NCBI GenBank assembly: GCA_030620975.1 | Contig: JAUXIO010000003.1 | Location: forward strand, 1 to 53,489 | DNA length: 53,489 bases | DNA from: Dehalococcoidia bacterium | Lineage (GTDB): Bacteria > Chloroflexota > Dehalococcoidia > GIF9 > JAUXIO01 | Direction of reading: 5' to 3' | Part shown: positions 26,484-38,326 of the stretch, in pieces | Position numbering within the stretch: position 1 is the first letter of the stretch | How the letters are laid out: each line of letters opens with the position of its first letter | Translations under genes and position numbers: made by a program | The notes under the pieces: model-generated | Databases searched by the model: none | What the model saw: the letters and a program-made list of their open reading frames with translations, nothing else | Told to the model about the DNA's origin: nothing

Positions 26484-28673
26484 TTATGATTTAGAGCCAA
26501 AACAAGCTTTATCTTCACCCCGCCTTGACGCGCTTATAACACCTTGAACAGCATAGAGCTTGGATAATAGCTGAGTTAACTGAGCCACTCCCTTGATCTC
26601 CAAAGTAACAAATACAGACATAGTGTAGTCATCATGCTCTGTAGTACTGATACTATCTATGTTTATTTTTTCCCCAGCAATAACGGCGCTAATATCTCTG
26701 ATTAAGCCCACCCTGTCCCAGGCATCAACTTGGATATCAACTGGGTACACTTGTTTGAAATGTCCCCAGCTCACCTCAATTAACCGTTCCTTTTCCGCTT
26801 TACCAACGATATTGGGACAGTCCTTACGATGTACGGTGATGCCATGGCTTCGAGTAATATAACCAATAATCTCATCATCGGGCAACGGGTGACAGCAGCT
26901 AGCTAGTTGAGTAAGTAAATTACCCACCCCAAGCACCTCAACTCCCAAAACAGCAGTCTTTCTTGATGGTGTAATTTCTGCCGGTGCTTGAAGTTGCTCT
27001 GAATCGGCAGCTAGTTTTAGTACCACCTGACGTGGGGTGATGCCACCACAGCCAAGGCTGGCGAAAAAGTCATCCAGGCTCTCATAGTTAAATGGACGCA
27101 TTGCCTCCTCAGGATTAGCCAAACCAATGCCCAGCCGCTTAAGTTCCTTTTCAAGAAGCTGCTTGCCGCGCTCTATATTTACAGCTCGCTCTTGCTTTCT
27201 AAACCACTGCCGAATCTTCTCCCTAGCGTGAGAAGTCTTAATACAACCAAGGTCAGGATTGAGCCAATCAAGGCTGGGGGCTCTAGCTCCCTTACTAGCT
27301 TTAATCTCTACTATGTCACCATTTTTAAGCTCATAACTTAACGGCACCAACCGACCATTCACTTTGGCCCCAATGCAGCGATAGCCCAGCTCGGTATGAA
27401 TTCGGAAGGCGAAATCCAGCGGAGTAGCACCTTTAGGCAAACCCTTAATTTCACCTTTAGGTGTATAAACAAAGACTTGGTCAATAAAGATATCAGTTTT
27501 AACTGACTCGAGAAACTGCTCGCTACTTAATTGCGCCTGCCATTGAATAAGCTGGCGTAGCCAAGCAATCTTGTCCGCAAAATATTTGTCATCCGCTCGC
27601 CCCTCCTTATAACGCCAGTGAGCGGCCACCCCGTACTCAGCAACTCGGTGCATATCGTAAGTTCGAATTTGTACCTCCAGAGGTGCTACCCCGCGGCACA
27701 TTACAGTAGTATGCAAAGATCGATAGCCATTGTCCTTAGAGTTGGCAATAAAATCGTTAAACTCTTCAGGGAAAGGATGCCATAAGCCATGGATAGTGCC
27801 CAAGGCATTGTAGCAATCTGAAACTGTATTCACTAAAACGCGAAGAGCAAACAGGTCGTGAATATCATTAAAATCCTTACCTTGGACAGTATACTTCTCC
27901 ATCTTCCCATAGATGCTGTAAATGTGTTTTGGCCTACCTGAAACCTCTGCCCTTATACCAGCTTTATCTAGCTCTTGCTTTATGATATTAATAGCTTCGG
28001 TTATGAAACTCTCCCGCTGCGTCCGACGAGTAGCTACCAAGTGAGCGACCCGATGATACTGCCGCGGCTCCAAATAGCGGAAGGCCAAATCTTCTAACTG
28101 CCACTTCGCCTTCCACATGCCTAAACGGTGCGCCAGAGGAGCATATATTTCTAGAGTCTCCTTGGCGATGGCTCGCCGCTTTCTCGGCGATAAAGCGCCC
28201 AAAGTACGCATATTATGTAGTCTATCCGCCAGCTTAATAAAGACCACCCTTATATCCTCCGCCATAGCTATGAGCATTCTTCGAAGGTTCTCAGCCTGAG
28301 GTTCCCAACTAGCCAAGCGCTCTTTAGTGGCCTTTGCCTCGCCTTCACTCTGCCATGAGACCTTACCCAGCTTAGTAACTCCAGCAACCAACTTAGCTAC
28401 TTCAGACCCCAAACCAGCTTCAATCTCATCTAAGGATATGTCGCAATCTTCAGGGACATCGTGGAGCAAAGCAGCGGCTAAAGTGCTGGCGTCAAGCTGA
28501 AGGTCAACTAACATCATGGCTGTTTGTAATGGGTGCTCCAAATAAGGTTCGCCCGATTTCCGTACCTGTCCCTCGTGCGCCCTCAAAGCAAACTCATAAG
28601 CCGCCTCTACCAAGGCTAGCTTATCTGCGGGCAAATACTCTTTAGCTTTTTGCAAAAGTGAAGTAACATCCAC
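26484..28673 (-). CDS. relA: Bifunctional (p)ppGpp synthetase/hydrolase (long RSH)
   Basis: HEGQVRKSGEPY, LLHDV, KLADRLHNMRT, GRPKHIYSIY, EVQIRT, TGS and ACT domains. GTG at 28673 chosen because the longer ORF runs antisense into hisS. Confidence 0.95.
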   Translation of the reverse strand: MDVTSLLQKAKEYLPADKLALVEAAYEFALRAHEGQVRKSGEPYLEHPLQTAMMLVDLQLDASTLAAALLHDVPEDCDISLDEIEAGLGSEVAKLVAGVTKLGKVSWQSEGEAKATKERLASWEPQAENLRRMLIAMAEDIRVVFIKLADRLHNMRTLGALSPRKRRAIAKETLEIYAPLAHRLGMWKAKWQLEDLAFRYLEPRQYHRVAHLVATRRTQRESFITEAINIIKQELDKAGIRAEVSGRPKHIYSIYGKMEKYTVQGKDFNDIHDLFALRVLVNTVSDCYNALGTIHGLWHPFPEEFNDFIANSKDNGYRSLHTTVMCRGVAPLEVQIRTYDMHRVAEYGVAAHWRYKEGRADDKYFADKIAWLRQLIQWQAQLSSEQFLESVKTDIFIDQVFVYTPKGEIKGLPKGATPLDFAFRIHTELGYRCIGAKVNGRLVPLSYELKNGDIVEIKASKGARAPSLDWLNPDLGCIKTSHAREKIRQWFRKQERAVNIERGKQLLEKELKRLGIGLANPEEAMRPFNYESLDDFFASLGCGGITPRQVVLKLAADSEQLQAPAEITPSRKTAVLGVEVLGVGNLLTQLASCCHPLPDDEIIGYITRSHGITVHRKDCPNIVGKAEKERLIEVSWGHFKQVYPVDIQVDAWDRVGLIRDISAVIAGEKINIDSISTTEHDDYTMSVFVTLEIKGVAQLTQLLSKLYAVQGVISASRRGEDKACFGSKS

Positions 28674-28759
28674 CAGTGAACCTATGATAACCCAACTGGG
28701 AAGGCTGATGCAAACAACTTTACAAAATCTCCCCGCATACTGTATCCTAGCTGGTGGAG

Positions 28760-30019
28760 ATGCCTCTATATAAATTGCCCCGGGGTACATTAGATATCTT
28801 ACCCGCAGAGCAAGTCTACTGGGAATATGTAAAGCACAAGGCAATTGCCTTGTGCCAACTTTACGGATACCAGCGTCTTGATACCCCGGCATTCGAAGAT
28901 TTTAACCTTTTTGCTCGCAGCATGGGGGAGGGAACAGACATTGTTGATAAGGAAATGTACACTCTTGAAGATAAGAGTGGTAAAAAGATGAGTTTAAGAC
29001 CCGAGGGAACGGCGCCAATTTGCCGGGCATATCTAGAGCACGGGTTATATAACTTGCCTCAGCCGGTAAGGCTCTACTATTTTGCTACCGTCTTTAGATA
29101 TGAGCGCCCTCAAGCTGGACGCTACCGACAACACTATCAATTTGGCTTTGAGGCAATTGGTGACGCCGACCCTGCCCTTGATGCTGAAATCATTAGTATG
29201 ACATGGCATTTCTGCCTTTCTTTAGGCCTTAAAGGGCTTTGCCTCCAGCTTAACAGCATCGGATGTAAGGTCTGCCGACCTCACTATCTGGAGAATTTAA
29301 AGCGCCATTACTCTGCTTGTCTGACTCAGCTCTGCCCCGACTGCAAAGCCAGATTAATCAGAAATCCCCTGCGCTTACTTGACTGCAAAAAGAAATCCTG
29401 CCAGGAAGCCATTGAGACGGCACCAAAAAGCATTAACTACCTCTGTCAGGAATGTAAGGCACATTTCGAAAGCATTCAGAGATATTTGGAGCTTCTGGGA
29501 ATTCCCTTCAAGGTAAGTCACAGGCTGGTCAGGGGCTTAGATTATTACACTAGAACCGTCTTTGAGATTCAATCCCCGGGGGAGGGAATACAAAATGCTC
29601 TGGGTGGTGGCGGACGCTACGATGAGCTCATTGAGGAGCTGGGAGGGAAATCTACCGCAGCGGTTGGTTTTGCCGCCGGTATGGAACGAATTATTCTTAA
29701 CCTGAAAAGGCAAAATGTGTCCATTCCAGCTCTACCCAGACCCAGTATTTTTATTGCTTATTTGGGAGATGAAGCCAAGGCTGAAGCGATAAAGCTTGCC
29801 TTCAAGCTTCGCCAGGCTGGAATTGCCGCAATAACAGCTATGGGCGGCAGAAGCTTAAAGGCACAATTAAGACAAGCTAACACCTTCGGCACCAGCTACA
29901 GCGTGATTATTGGTGAAGATGAAGTGAAAAGCCAGACCGTAGCATTGAGGAATATGACAACTAAAGAACAGAAGACCATCCCCTCAACAAAGCTTGAAGA
30001 ACTATTCAGAAGAGATTAA
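28760..30019 (+). CDS. hisS: Histidine-tRNA ligase
   Basis: PRGT.D, LRPEGTA, FRYERPQAGRYRQ, RGLDYY, GGGRYD. Confidence 0.97.
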   Translation: MPLYKLPRGTLDILPAEQVYWEYVKHKAIALCQLYGYQRLDTPAFEDFNLFARSMGEGTDIVDKEMYTLEDKSGKKMSLRPEGTAPICRAYLEHGLYNLPQPVRLYYFATVFRYERPQAGRYRQHYQFGFEAIGDADPALDAEIISMTWHFCLSLGLKGLCLQLNSIGCKVCRPHYLENLKRHYSACLTQLCPDCKARLIRNPLRLLDCKKKSCQEAIETAPKSINYLCQECKAHFESIQRYLELLGIPFKVSHRLVRGLDYYTRTVFEIQSPGEGIQNALGGGGRYDELIEELGGKSTAAVGFAAGMERIILNLKRQNVSIPALPRPSIFIAYLGDEAKAEAIKLAFKLRQAGIAAITAMGGRSLKAQLRQANTFGTSYSVIIGEDEVKSQTVALRNMTTKEQKTIPSTKLEELFRRD

Positions 30020-30043
30020 ATTCTTTCCTTTCCGCGCAGAATA

Positions 30044-30052
30044 TGATATAAT
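30044..30052 (+). promoter_or_regulatory. Extended -10 promoter element for gyrB
   Basis: TGATATAAT in the hisS-gyrB gap. Confidence 0.5.
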
Positions 30053-30158
30053 TATTTAATGTTAGCTTCTTCCTGTAAATTACTCCGTTTGCCTTTTACT
30101 TAATCTACCCCTTTTGAACTTCACTCTCAGCAGTACCCCAGTTAACTAATGAAAATAA

Positions 30159-32090
<1,932 letters not shown>

Positions 32091-32098
32091 GCTAGCCT

Positions 32099-32707
32099 CT
32101 AATTGCAGTATAACCCCTCCTCCATTATATATCTTTCCACATTGTCGGGCACCAAGTAGCGAATGGACAGCCCCTCAATAACGTGCCTTCGAATCTCTGA
32201 AGAACGTATGTCAATTAGTGGCGTATCAAGTAAAATGGTGCTTTTAGTTATGCCGGGGATAGTTGCTTCTAAAGATTCCAGATTGGGCTGGACGCAGCCC
32301 AATCTGGGAATAGCTACTAATTGGCACATTTCAATCAATCTATGCGGTTCTTTCCACGAAGGAAGCTCAGCAAGGCTATCGTAGCCGAGAATAAAGAAGA
32401 GCTTGGTTCCATTGCCTAGCTGCTGCCGTAGAATAGATACCGTGTCCACTGAGTAAGAGAAACCAGCACGCTCTATTTCAACATTAGAAAGCTTAAAATG
32501 TGGATTGTCAGTAATAGCTAAGCGCACCATCTCTACACGGTGATTTGCTGGAGTAATAGGCTTGTTTACCTTAAGCCAAGGTTGCCCCGCAGGTATAAAT
32601 AAGATCTCATTAAGTCTCAGCTTCAACCTAGCTTCTTGAGCTATGATAAGATGCCCTAGGTGAATGGGGTCGAAGGTGCCGCCGAGGATGCCTACATTCA
32701 TTTCCAC
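32099..32707 (-). CDS. nadD: Nicotinate-nucleotide adenylyltransferase
   Basis: GGTFDPIHLGH, ILGYD, IRSSEIR. Confidence 0.95.
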   Translation of the reverse strand: MEMNVGILGGTFDPIHLGHLIIAQEARLKLRLNEILFIPAGQPWLKVNKPITPANHRVEMVRLAITDNPHFKLSNVEIERAGFSYSVDTVSILRQQLGNGTKLFFILGYDSLAELPSWKEPHRLIEMCQLVAIPRLGCVQPNLESLEATIPGITKSTILLDTPLIDIRSSEIRRHVIEGLSIRYLVPDNVERYIMEEGLYCN

Positions 32708-32880
32708 TCGTTATTATGCATTACTTATATATTCTATTTAATTAATCTAATATGTATATTATAACTAAAAGTAATACTAATGTGGTGGATTTAATAAAGC
32801 AACTCAATTAAAGTAAACGTGGAAAGGGTGGTAATACCTCGTATGGTCGCTGATTGAGGAAGTGGAGAGATTGTTCACAG
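32708..32880. other. Probable chromosomal replication origin (oriC)
   Basis: Directly downstream of dnaA; very AT-rich at 32711-32780; minus-strand trio-like run TAG TAT TAC TTT TAG next to a degenerate box; further degenerate boxes (CGTGGAAAG 32818, AGTGGAGAG 32861, TTGTTCACA 32871). The + strand is C-rich to the left and G-rich to the right. Confidence 0.78.
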
Positions 32881-34281
32881 TTTTTGGGATCTTTTCCCAG
32901 ATTTCATTTTATTGTGTGAGGGTTCTGCGGTATGAAGTTGTTGTTGAATCTTTGACACTTGCTCTTGAAGGTGGGCATCGGTATTGATTTGCTTAGCTAT
33001 CTTTTCGTAGCTGTGCAGTACAGTTGAATGGTCTCTACTGCCCAGTTGTTTGCCAATCTGGCTTAAAGTATATTGACTTTCCTCGCGCATAAGGTATATG
33101 GCGATCTGGCGAGCATGAGTGGTTCTTCTATCCCTTTTTCTCCCGCTTATTTCCCCTGTGGGAATGCCAAAGTAGTTAGCTACTGTCTGCATAATAAAAT
33201 CGGGGCTGGTTGTTTTTTTGTAGTCATCTGGAACAAGTACCTCTGCCAGAACTTTGGCAGCCATTTCATGGTCTAGGCTAGCCCCGGTTAATTTGGCATA
33301 AGCAACTAACTGCGTTAAACCACCCTCAAGTTCGCGGACGTTGCGCTTGAGTTCCCTGGCTAACAATCGTAATACCTCGTCGGGGATCTTTAGCTTGTGC
33401 TGCTTGGCTTTGGCCTGCAAGATGGCAAGGCGCGTCTCCAGGTCGGGAGGTTCAATATTGACAATGAGCCCCGACTGAAAACGTGAGCGCAGTCTATCAC
33501 CAAGTGACAATATGACCTGGGGGGGGCGGTCACTAGTCATCACAATTTGGCGGCTGGCATTGTATAAAGCATTAAAAGTGTGAAACACGCATTCCTGAGT
33601 CTGCTCTTTACCGTCAATGAAGTGAATGTCATCGAGCAATAACAACTGAGCGTCCCTAAACCTGTTTCGGAACTCCTCGGTTTTGCTTTCCCTGATGGCG
33701 AGTATGAACTCATTAGTAAATTGCTCAGCACTAATGCAGATGACTTGAAATCCATTGGCTATAGCGGCGTGTCCGATGGCGTGTAATAAATGCGTTTTCC
33801 CCACGCCGGTGCCGCCGTAAATGAAGAGGGGATTGTAGATATGTCCTGGTGTTTCAGCTACGCCTTTAGCTGCGGCATGAATTAGGCGGTTGCTACGCCC
33901 TACAACGAAGTTATCAAAGGTGTACCTTGGATTGAGCCTCGTTTTCTTAATTTTGGAACTTATGCCACCATCAGTTTGCCAATTGCAAACCAAGCCGCCT
34001 GACTCATTCTGTTCAGGGCCGTGCACAACAAATTGGATATCAACATCGCCACCAATAATGCCAGCTAGTGTTTTTGCCACCAGGGAGCGAAGGCGAGCGT
34101 TTAGCCACTCAGCAACAAAAATATTGGGGGCGCTGATTACGAAGGTGCCATTTTGGTAACTTATCCCTGTGGTTTCCTTAAGCCAAGTGTTATAATTTGG
34201 CTTACTAATTTTGATTTGGAGCTCTCCCAGTGCTGCTTCCCATATTTCATTAGCTGACCTCAATTCGGGCTTCCTCCACAA
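32875..34281 (-). CDS. dnaA: Chromosomal replication initiator
   Basis: LNPRYTFDNFVVG, YNPLFIYGGTGVGKTHL, LLLDDIHF, NVRELEG, RDHSTVLH. Confidence 0.97.
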   Translation of the reverse strand: MWRKPELRSANEIWEAALGELQIKISKPNYNTWLKETTGISYQNGTFVISAPNIFVAEWLNARLRSLVAKTLAGIIGGDVDIQFVVHGPEQNESGGLVCNWQTDGGISSKIKKTRLNPRYTFDNFVVGRSNRLIHAAAKGVAETPGHIYNPLFIYGGTGVGKTHLLHAIGHAAIANGFQVICISAEQFTNEFILAIRESKTEEFRNRFRDAQLLLLDDIHFIDGKEQTQECVFHTFNALYNASRQIVMTSDRPPQVILSLGDRLRSRFQSGLIVNIEPPDLETRLAILQAKAKQHKLKIPDEVLRLLARELKRNVRELEGGLTQLVAYAKLTGASLDHEMAAKVLAEVLVPDDYKKTTSPDFIMQTVANYFGIPTGEISGRKRDRRTTHARQIAIYLMREESQYTLSQIGKQLGSRDHSTVLHSYEKIAKQINTDAHLQEQVSKIQQQLHTAEPSHNKMKSGKRSQKL

Positions 34282-34336
34282 GATTAATTATCGCTAGCAC
34301 TAGGCGTAAAGAATAATTGAACAGGTGCATGTTACC

Positions 34337-34356
34337 TGAGGAAAAACTGGGGAAAA
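34337..34356. promoter_or_regulatory. Two tandem DnaA-box-like 9-mers upstream of dnaA
   Basis: TGAGGAAAA and TGGGGAAAA, each one mismatch from TGTGGAAAA, 2 bp apart. Confidence 0.45.
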
Positions 34357-34450
34357 CGAGAGGGTACAACTGATTAAGCTAACTCTAAGCCCGCGCTTTT
34401 TCAAGGGGGTTTTTGACATAACAAAAAAATTATTCAAAAATACCTCTGAC

Positions 34451-35395
34451 ATGGCGACACCGGTTATTTTTATGGGCACCCCAGAATTTGCTGTACCCAT
34501 CATGGAGTTTTTACTTCGGGCTCAGTATCAGATAGTTGCCGTATATACTCAGCCTGACAGGCGGGTTGGCAGAGGGCAACAAATTGCCTTCTGTGCGGGG
34601 AAAAGGCTAGCTCTAGCTCGCGGGTTGCCGGTAATCCAGCCAGAGAATATGAGACAGCCGAAAATACTGGAGCAATTGGCAGGTTTTGACCCTAAGTTGA
34701 TTGTAGTCGCCGCCTTTGGACATATTTTAACCCCTGAGATATTAACCCTGCCAAAGTTTGGTTGCCTTAATGTTCACCCCTCTTTGCTGCCTCGACATCG
34801 GGGCCCCTCACCCGTAGCTGCTGCTATTCTCCACGGCGATGAAGTAACCGGTGTCACTATCATGCTAATGGATACCGGCTTGGATACCGGTCCGATTCTA
34901 GCTCAACGGGAAGTGCCTATCTCCGTTGAGGATACTACCGGGTCGCTTACTGTTAAGCTGGCTCGGGTTGGTGCTGATTTATTAATGGAGACCTTGCCGC
35001 CGTGGCTTCAAGGTAAGATTAAGCCACAACACCAAGAGGAGAGCCAGGCCACCTACTCTAAAATTATAAATAAGCAAGATGGGGAAATAGACTGGCATCT
35101 CTCGGCATCGGAACTCTGGTGCCGAATACGAGCTTTTAACCCTTGGCCAGGGTGTTATACTTGGTGGCAGGGTAAGCGACTTAAGATCACAAAAGCCATG
35201 CCTTTAACTGGCTCAGGCGATGGCGAGGAGGGTAGAGTAATAACCTTGCCCTCACCGAGTCCGCTGACTGTTGGAGCTAATACTGGAGGTGGGGTTCTTG
35301 GCCTTCAGCGGCTTCAGTTGGAAGGTAAACGAGAAATGTCGGTAGATGAGTTTGTGCGAGGGCATACGGGCTTTATCGGCGGTTTGCTGACTTGA
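34451..35395 (+). CDS. fmt: Methionyl-tRNA formyltransferase
   Basis: FMGTPEFA, TQPDR, NVHPSLLP, GLDTGP. Confidence 0.96.
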   Translation: MATPVIFMGTPEFAVPIMEFLLRAQYQIVAVYTQPDRRVGRGQQIAFCAGKRLALARGLPVIQPENMRQPKILEQLAGFDPKLIVVAAFGHILTPEILTLPKFGCLNVHPSLLPRHRGPSPVAAAILHGDEVTGVTIMLMDTGLDTGPILAQREVPISVEDTTGSLTVKLARVGADLLMETLPPWLQGKIKPQHQEESQATYSKIINKQDGEIDWHLSASELWCRIRAFNPWPGCYTWWQGKRLKITKAMPLTGSGDGEEGRVITLPSPSPLTVGANTGGGVLGLQRLQLEGKREMSVDEFVRGHTGFIGGLLT

Positions 35396-35503
35396 ATTTG
35401 CATCTCGTTTTGCTTAAAATTGTGCAACATAGTATCTAGCTGGTCCCGCTCTAAAATAAAAAGATATTCGCAACACGAGGGGTAGGCTTAGGGGGAGTAG
35501 AGG

Positions 35504-36211
35504 ATGTTTATATTTGACCCAATGTGGTTCTTGTTCATGATACCGCCGTTCATATTCATGATGTATGCCCAGTCTAGAGTAAATTCTGCTTTCAAGAAGT
35601 ACTCTAAGGTGGCTAACATGCGGAGAATAACTGGAGCACAGGCGGCGGAAACCTTACTTCGCAGTAATGGTTTGAGCCACGTTAAAGTTGAGGGGATAAG
35701 AGGGCGTTTGGGTGACCATTATGATCCCAGACATAAGGTGCTGCGACTTTCCCCTGATGTTTATTCTAAGCCCTCGGTAGCTGCTCTGGGCATTGTTGCC
35801 CATGAAGTTGGACATGCGGTGCAAGACAAGGTTGGTTATTCCTTTATGAGGCTGCGAAGCTCCTTGGTACCGGCGGCTAACCTGGGTAGTCAGCTAGGTT
35901 TTATCTCTGTGATTCTGGGCGTTATCCTTGCTTGGTTGGGGATGGAGTTTGGCTTAACCGTTGCCTGGGCGGGCATTTTTCTCTTCGCGCTCGTGGTGCT
36001 GTTTTCTTTAGTTACCCTCCCCGTGGAATTTGATGCCAGTAATCGGGCGCGGCAGATGCTGCGTAATACCGGCTTGGTTTCTGTTCAAGAGTATAATGCT
36101 GCCAGCGCCGTTCTATCAGCTGCTGCCCTAACTTATGTAGCCTCTTTCCTCCAAGTAGTGGCGCAACTTTTCTACTTCATATTGCTCGTCTCCGGTATGG
36201 GACGGCGGTAA
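35504..36211 (+). CDS. Membrane zinc metallopeptidase (YugP / Zn_peptidase_2 family)
   Basis: DHYDP, AHEVGHAVQ, TLPVEFDASNRA, VLSAAALTYVA. Confidence 0.92.
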   Translation: MFIFDPMWFLFMIPPFIFMMYAQSRVNSAFKKYSKVANMRRITGAQAAETLLRSNGLSHVKVEGIRGRLGDHYDPRHKVLRLSPDVYSKPSVAALGIVAHEVGHAVQDKVGYSFMRLRSSLVPAANLGSQLGFISVILGVILAWLGMEFGLTVAWAGIFLFALVVLFSLVTLPVEFDASNRARQMLRNTGLVSVQEYNAASAVLSAAALTYVASFLQVVAQLFYFILLVSGMGRR

Positions 36212-36293
36212 CTTCATTAGTTTACTTTAATAGTAGTTGTTATTCCCCTGCGCGCTGTATAATTTGAATATATTGCTGTGAGGTTTTGATAAT

Positions 36294-37073
36294 TTGCCCT
36301 TCTTTAAAAATCCGGGTAGCTTTGGCACGCTGAAGAACATCATCGCTAGGTTGCGTAGCCCCCGAGGCTGTCCTTGGGACAGGCGGCAAACTCATGCCTC
36401 GCTTAGAGCCGGCTTGCTTGAGGAGTGCTACGAGGTTTTGCAAGCTTTGGACCAGGAGAACTCAGAAAAGCTTTGCGAGGAGCTTGGCGACCTGTTAATG
36501 CAGATCGTGCTTCACGCCCAAATAGCTAGTGAAGCTGGTAAATTCAATGTTGCAGATGTGCTCAGGGGCATCAATACTAAATTAATTCACCGCCATCCCC
36601 ATGTCTTTGGCGAGCTTAAATTAAGAAATGCCCAGGAGGTAGTGCTCAACTGGGAGTCCTTGAAGAGAGAGGAGCGGCGAGAAGGGGAATCTCTCTTGGC
36701 TGGCGTTCCTGGGGAGATGCCAGCTTTGGCTTACAGCCAGGCTGTTCAGCGGCGGGTAGCAACAGCTGGCTTTGATTGGGAAGAAGTTGATGGAGTTATA
36801 GACAAGCTGGTCGAGGAAGTAGCGGAGTTTAAGCAGGCGGATGACGAGGAAGAGAAGGCAAGGGAGTTTGGAGATTTACTTTTTACTCTGGCCAATATTG
36901 CCCGCAAACTGGGTATAGACTTGGAGGCGGCCCTTCGCTCTGCCAACCAGCGCTTTTATCGGCGCTTTGTGTATATGGAAGGGATATGCCGCCAGCAAGG
37001 CATTAATTTTGATAACCTCTCTTTTGCTCAACAGAATGCCTTGTGGGAAGAAGCTAAGCAAAAGGTAAAATAG
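36294..37073 (+). CDS. mazG: Nucleoside triphosphate pyrophosphohydrolase
   Basis: GCPWD..QT, EELGDLL, RHPHVF, EFGDLLF. Confidence 0.95.
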   Translation: MPFFKNPGSFGTLKNIIARLRSPRGCPWDRRQTHASLRAGLLEECYEVLQALDQENSEKLCEELGDLLMQIVLHAQIASEAGKFNVADVLRGINTKLIHRHPHVFGELKLRNAQEVVLNWESLKREERREGESLLAGVPGEMPALAYSQAVQRRVATAGFDWEEVDGVIDKLVEEVAEFKQADDEEEKAREFGDLLFTLANIARKLGIDLEAALRSANQRFYRRFVYMEGICRQQGINFDNLSFAQQNALWEEAKQKVK

Positions 37074-37075
37074 CA

Positions 37076-38161
37076 ATGAGAGCTATTATCTTGGTGGGTG
37101 GTGAGGGAACCAGATTACGTCCCCTGACCTATAATGTGCCTAAGGCTGTAGTGCCGGTTCTGAATGAGCCCTTTTTGAAGCATGTGCTCTACTATCTTAA
37201 GGGGCATGGGGTTGATCAGGTTATCCTCGCCCTGGGGCATCAGGCTGAGCAAATCCAAAGTTGTTTTGGTGGCGGCAGTGAGCTCGGACTAAAACTAATC
37301 TATTTGATTGAGCATTCACCTTTGGGCACTGCTGGAGCGGTAAAAAATGCCGAAGCATTTCTGGATGAGCCCTTCTTTGTGTTTAATGGTGATATTTTCA
37401 CAGGCATTGATCTGACTGCCATGATGCATCAGCACCGGGAAAGAAGGGCCAGTGTGAGCATAGCGCTAGTCCCAGTAGAAAACCCGACTATTTATGGTGT
37501 CGTCGAAACCGATGCTGGCGGCAGGGTAAAGCGCTTTGTGGAGAAGCCGAGCTGGCGCCAGGTTACTACTAATATGATAAATGCTGGCATTTACATTGTT
37601 GAGCCCTCTGTGCTTAAACATATTCCTCCCCTTACCCGCTTTACTTTTGAGCATGGTCTTTTCCCGCAGCTTTTGGAGCTAGGTGAGCCTATTTTTAACT
37701 ATCCGTCTGATGCTTATTGGATTGACATAGGTGCGCCGCAAAAATATCTGAAGCTGAATTGTGACCTGCTTCTCGGCAAAGAACATTCAATCTTTTATCA
37801 GCCCGATGTGAATAATGGCGTTAACTTTAAAGGTGAAAGTTTTGTTCATTCCACGGCTCAAATTGAGGGGCCGCTGATGATTGGTGAGAACTGTGTTATT
37901 GAAAGAGATGTGCAGCTAAAGGGACCCGCTGTCCTGGGAATGGGATGCAGGCTCAAACAGGGTGCAGTTGTGGAAAGGGCTGTATTGTGGGAGGACATCG
38001 AGATGGGCGGGAGTGCTGTTCTCAAAAACTGTGTTATAGGCTCGCACAGCCGCATTGAAGAAGCGGTTAGCCTCGATGATTGCGTGGTTGGCGAGAATAC
38101 TATCATCAGTAAAGGCAGTAAATTAGCTTATGGTCTCAAGGCTTGGTCTTGCGGTTTTTAG
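37076..38161 (+). CDS. NDP-sugar pyrophosphorylase (mannose-1-phosphate guanylyltransferase-like) with left-handed beta-helix
   Basis: GGEGTRLRPLT...PK, LGTAGA, NGD, FVEKP, WIDIG; hexapeptide repeats. Confidence 0.9.
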   Translation: MRAIILVGGEGTRLRPLTYNVPKAVVPVLNEPFLKHVLYYLKGHGVDQVILALGHQAEQIQSCFGGGSELGLKLIYLIEHSPLGTAGAVKNAEAFLDEPFFVFNGDIFTGIDLTAMMHQHRERRASVSIALVPVENPTIYGVVETDAGGRVKRFVEKPSWRQVTTNMINAGIYIVEPSVLKHIPPLTRFTFEHGLFPQLLELGEPIFNYPSDAYWIDIGAPQKYLKLNCDLLLGKEHSIFYQPDVNNGVNFKGESFVHSTAQIEGPLMIGENCVIERDVQLKGPAVLGMGCRLKQGAVVERAVLWEDIEMGGSAVLKNCVIGSHSRIEEAVSLDDCVVGENTIISKGSKLAYGLKAWSCGF

Positions 38162-38188
38162 TTTGTGTGGTTACTGGAAATGAGGACA

Positions 38189-38262
<74 letters not shown>

Positions 38263-38272
38263 ATAATTTGAT

Positions 38273-38301
38273 ATTATAGGCTGATTTAACCCAAGGGGCA
38301 A
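38273..38301 (-). promoter_or_regulatory. sigma70-type promoter for tRNA-Pro
   Basis: Minus strand TTGCCC-17 bp-TATAAT, 10 bp upstream of the tRNA. Confidence 0.65.
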
Positions 38302-38326
38302 CAATTATAAGACTAAAGGATAGAAC

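Noticed and set aside
28674-28892. 73-aa N-terminal extension of the 802-aa RelA ORF
   Set aside because: It overlaps hisS in antisense and has no RSH similarity. Divergent promoter-like elements fall inside it, and GTG 28673 fits better.
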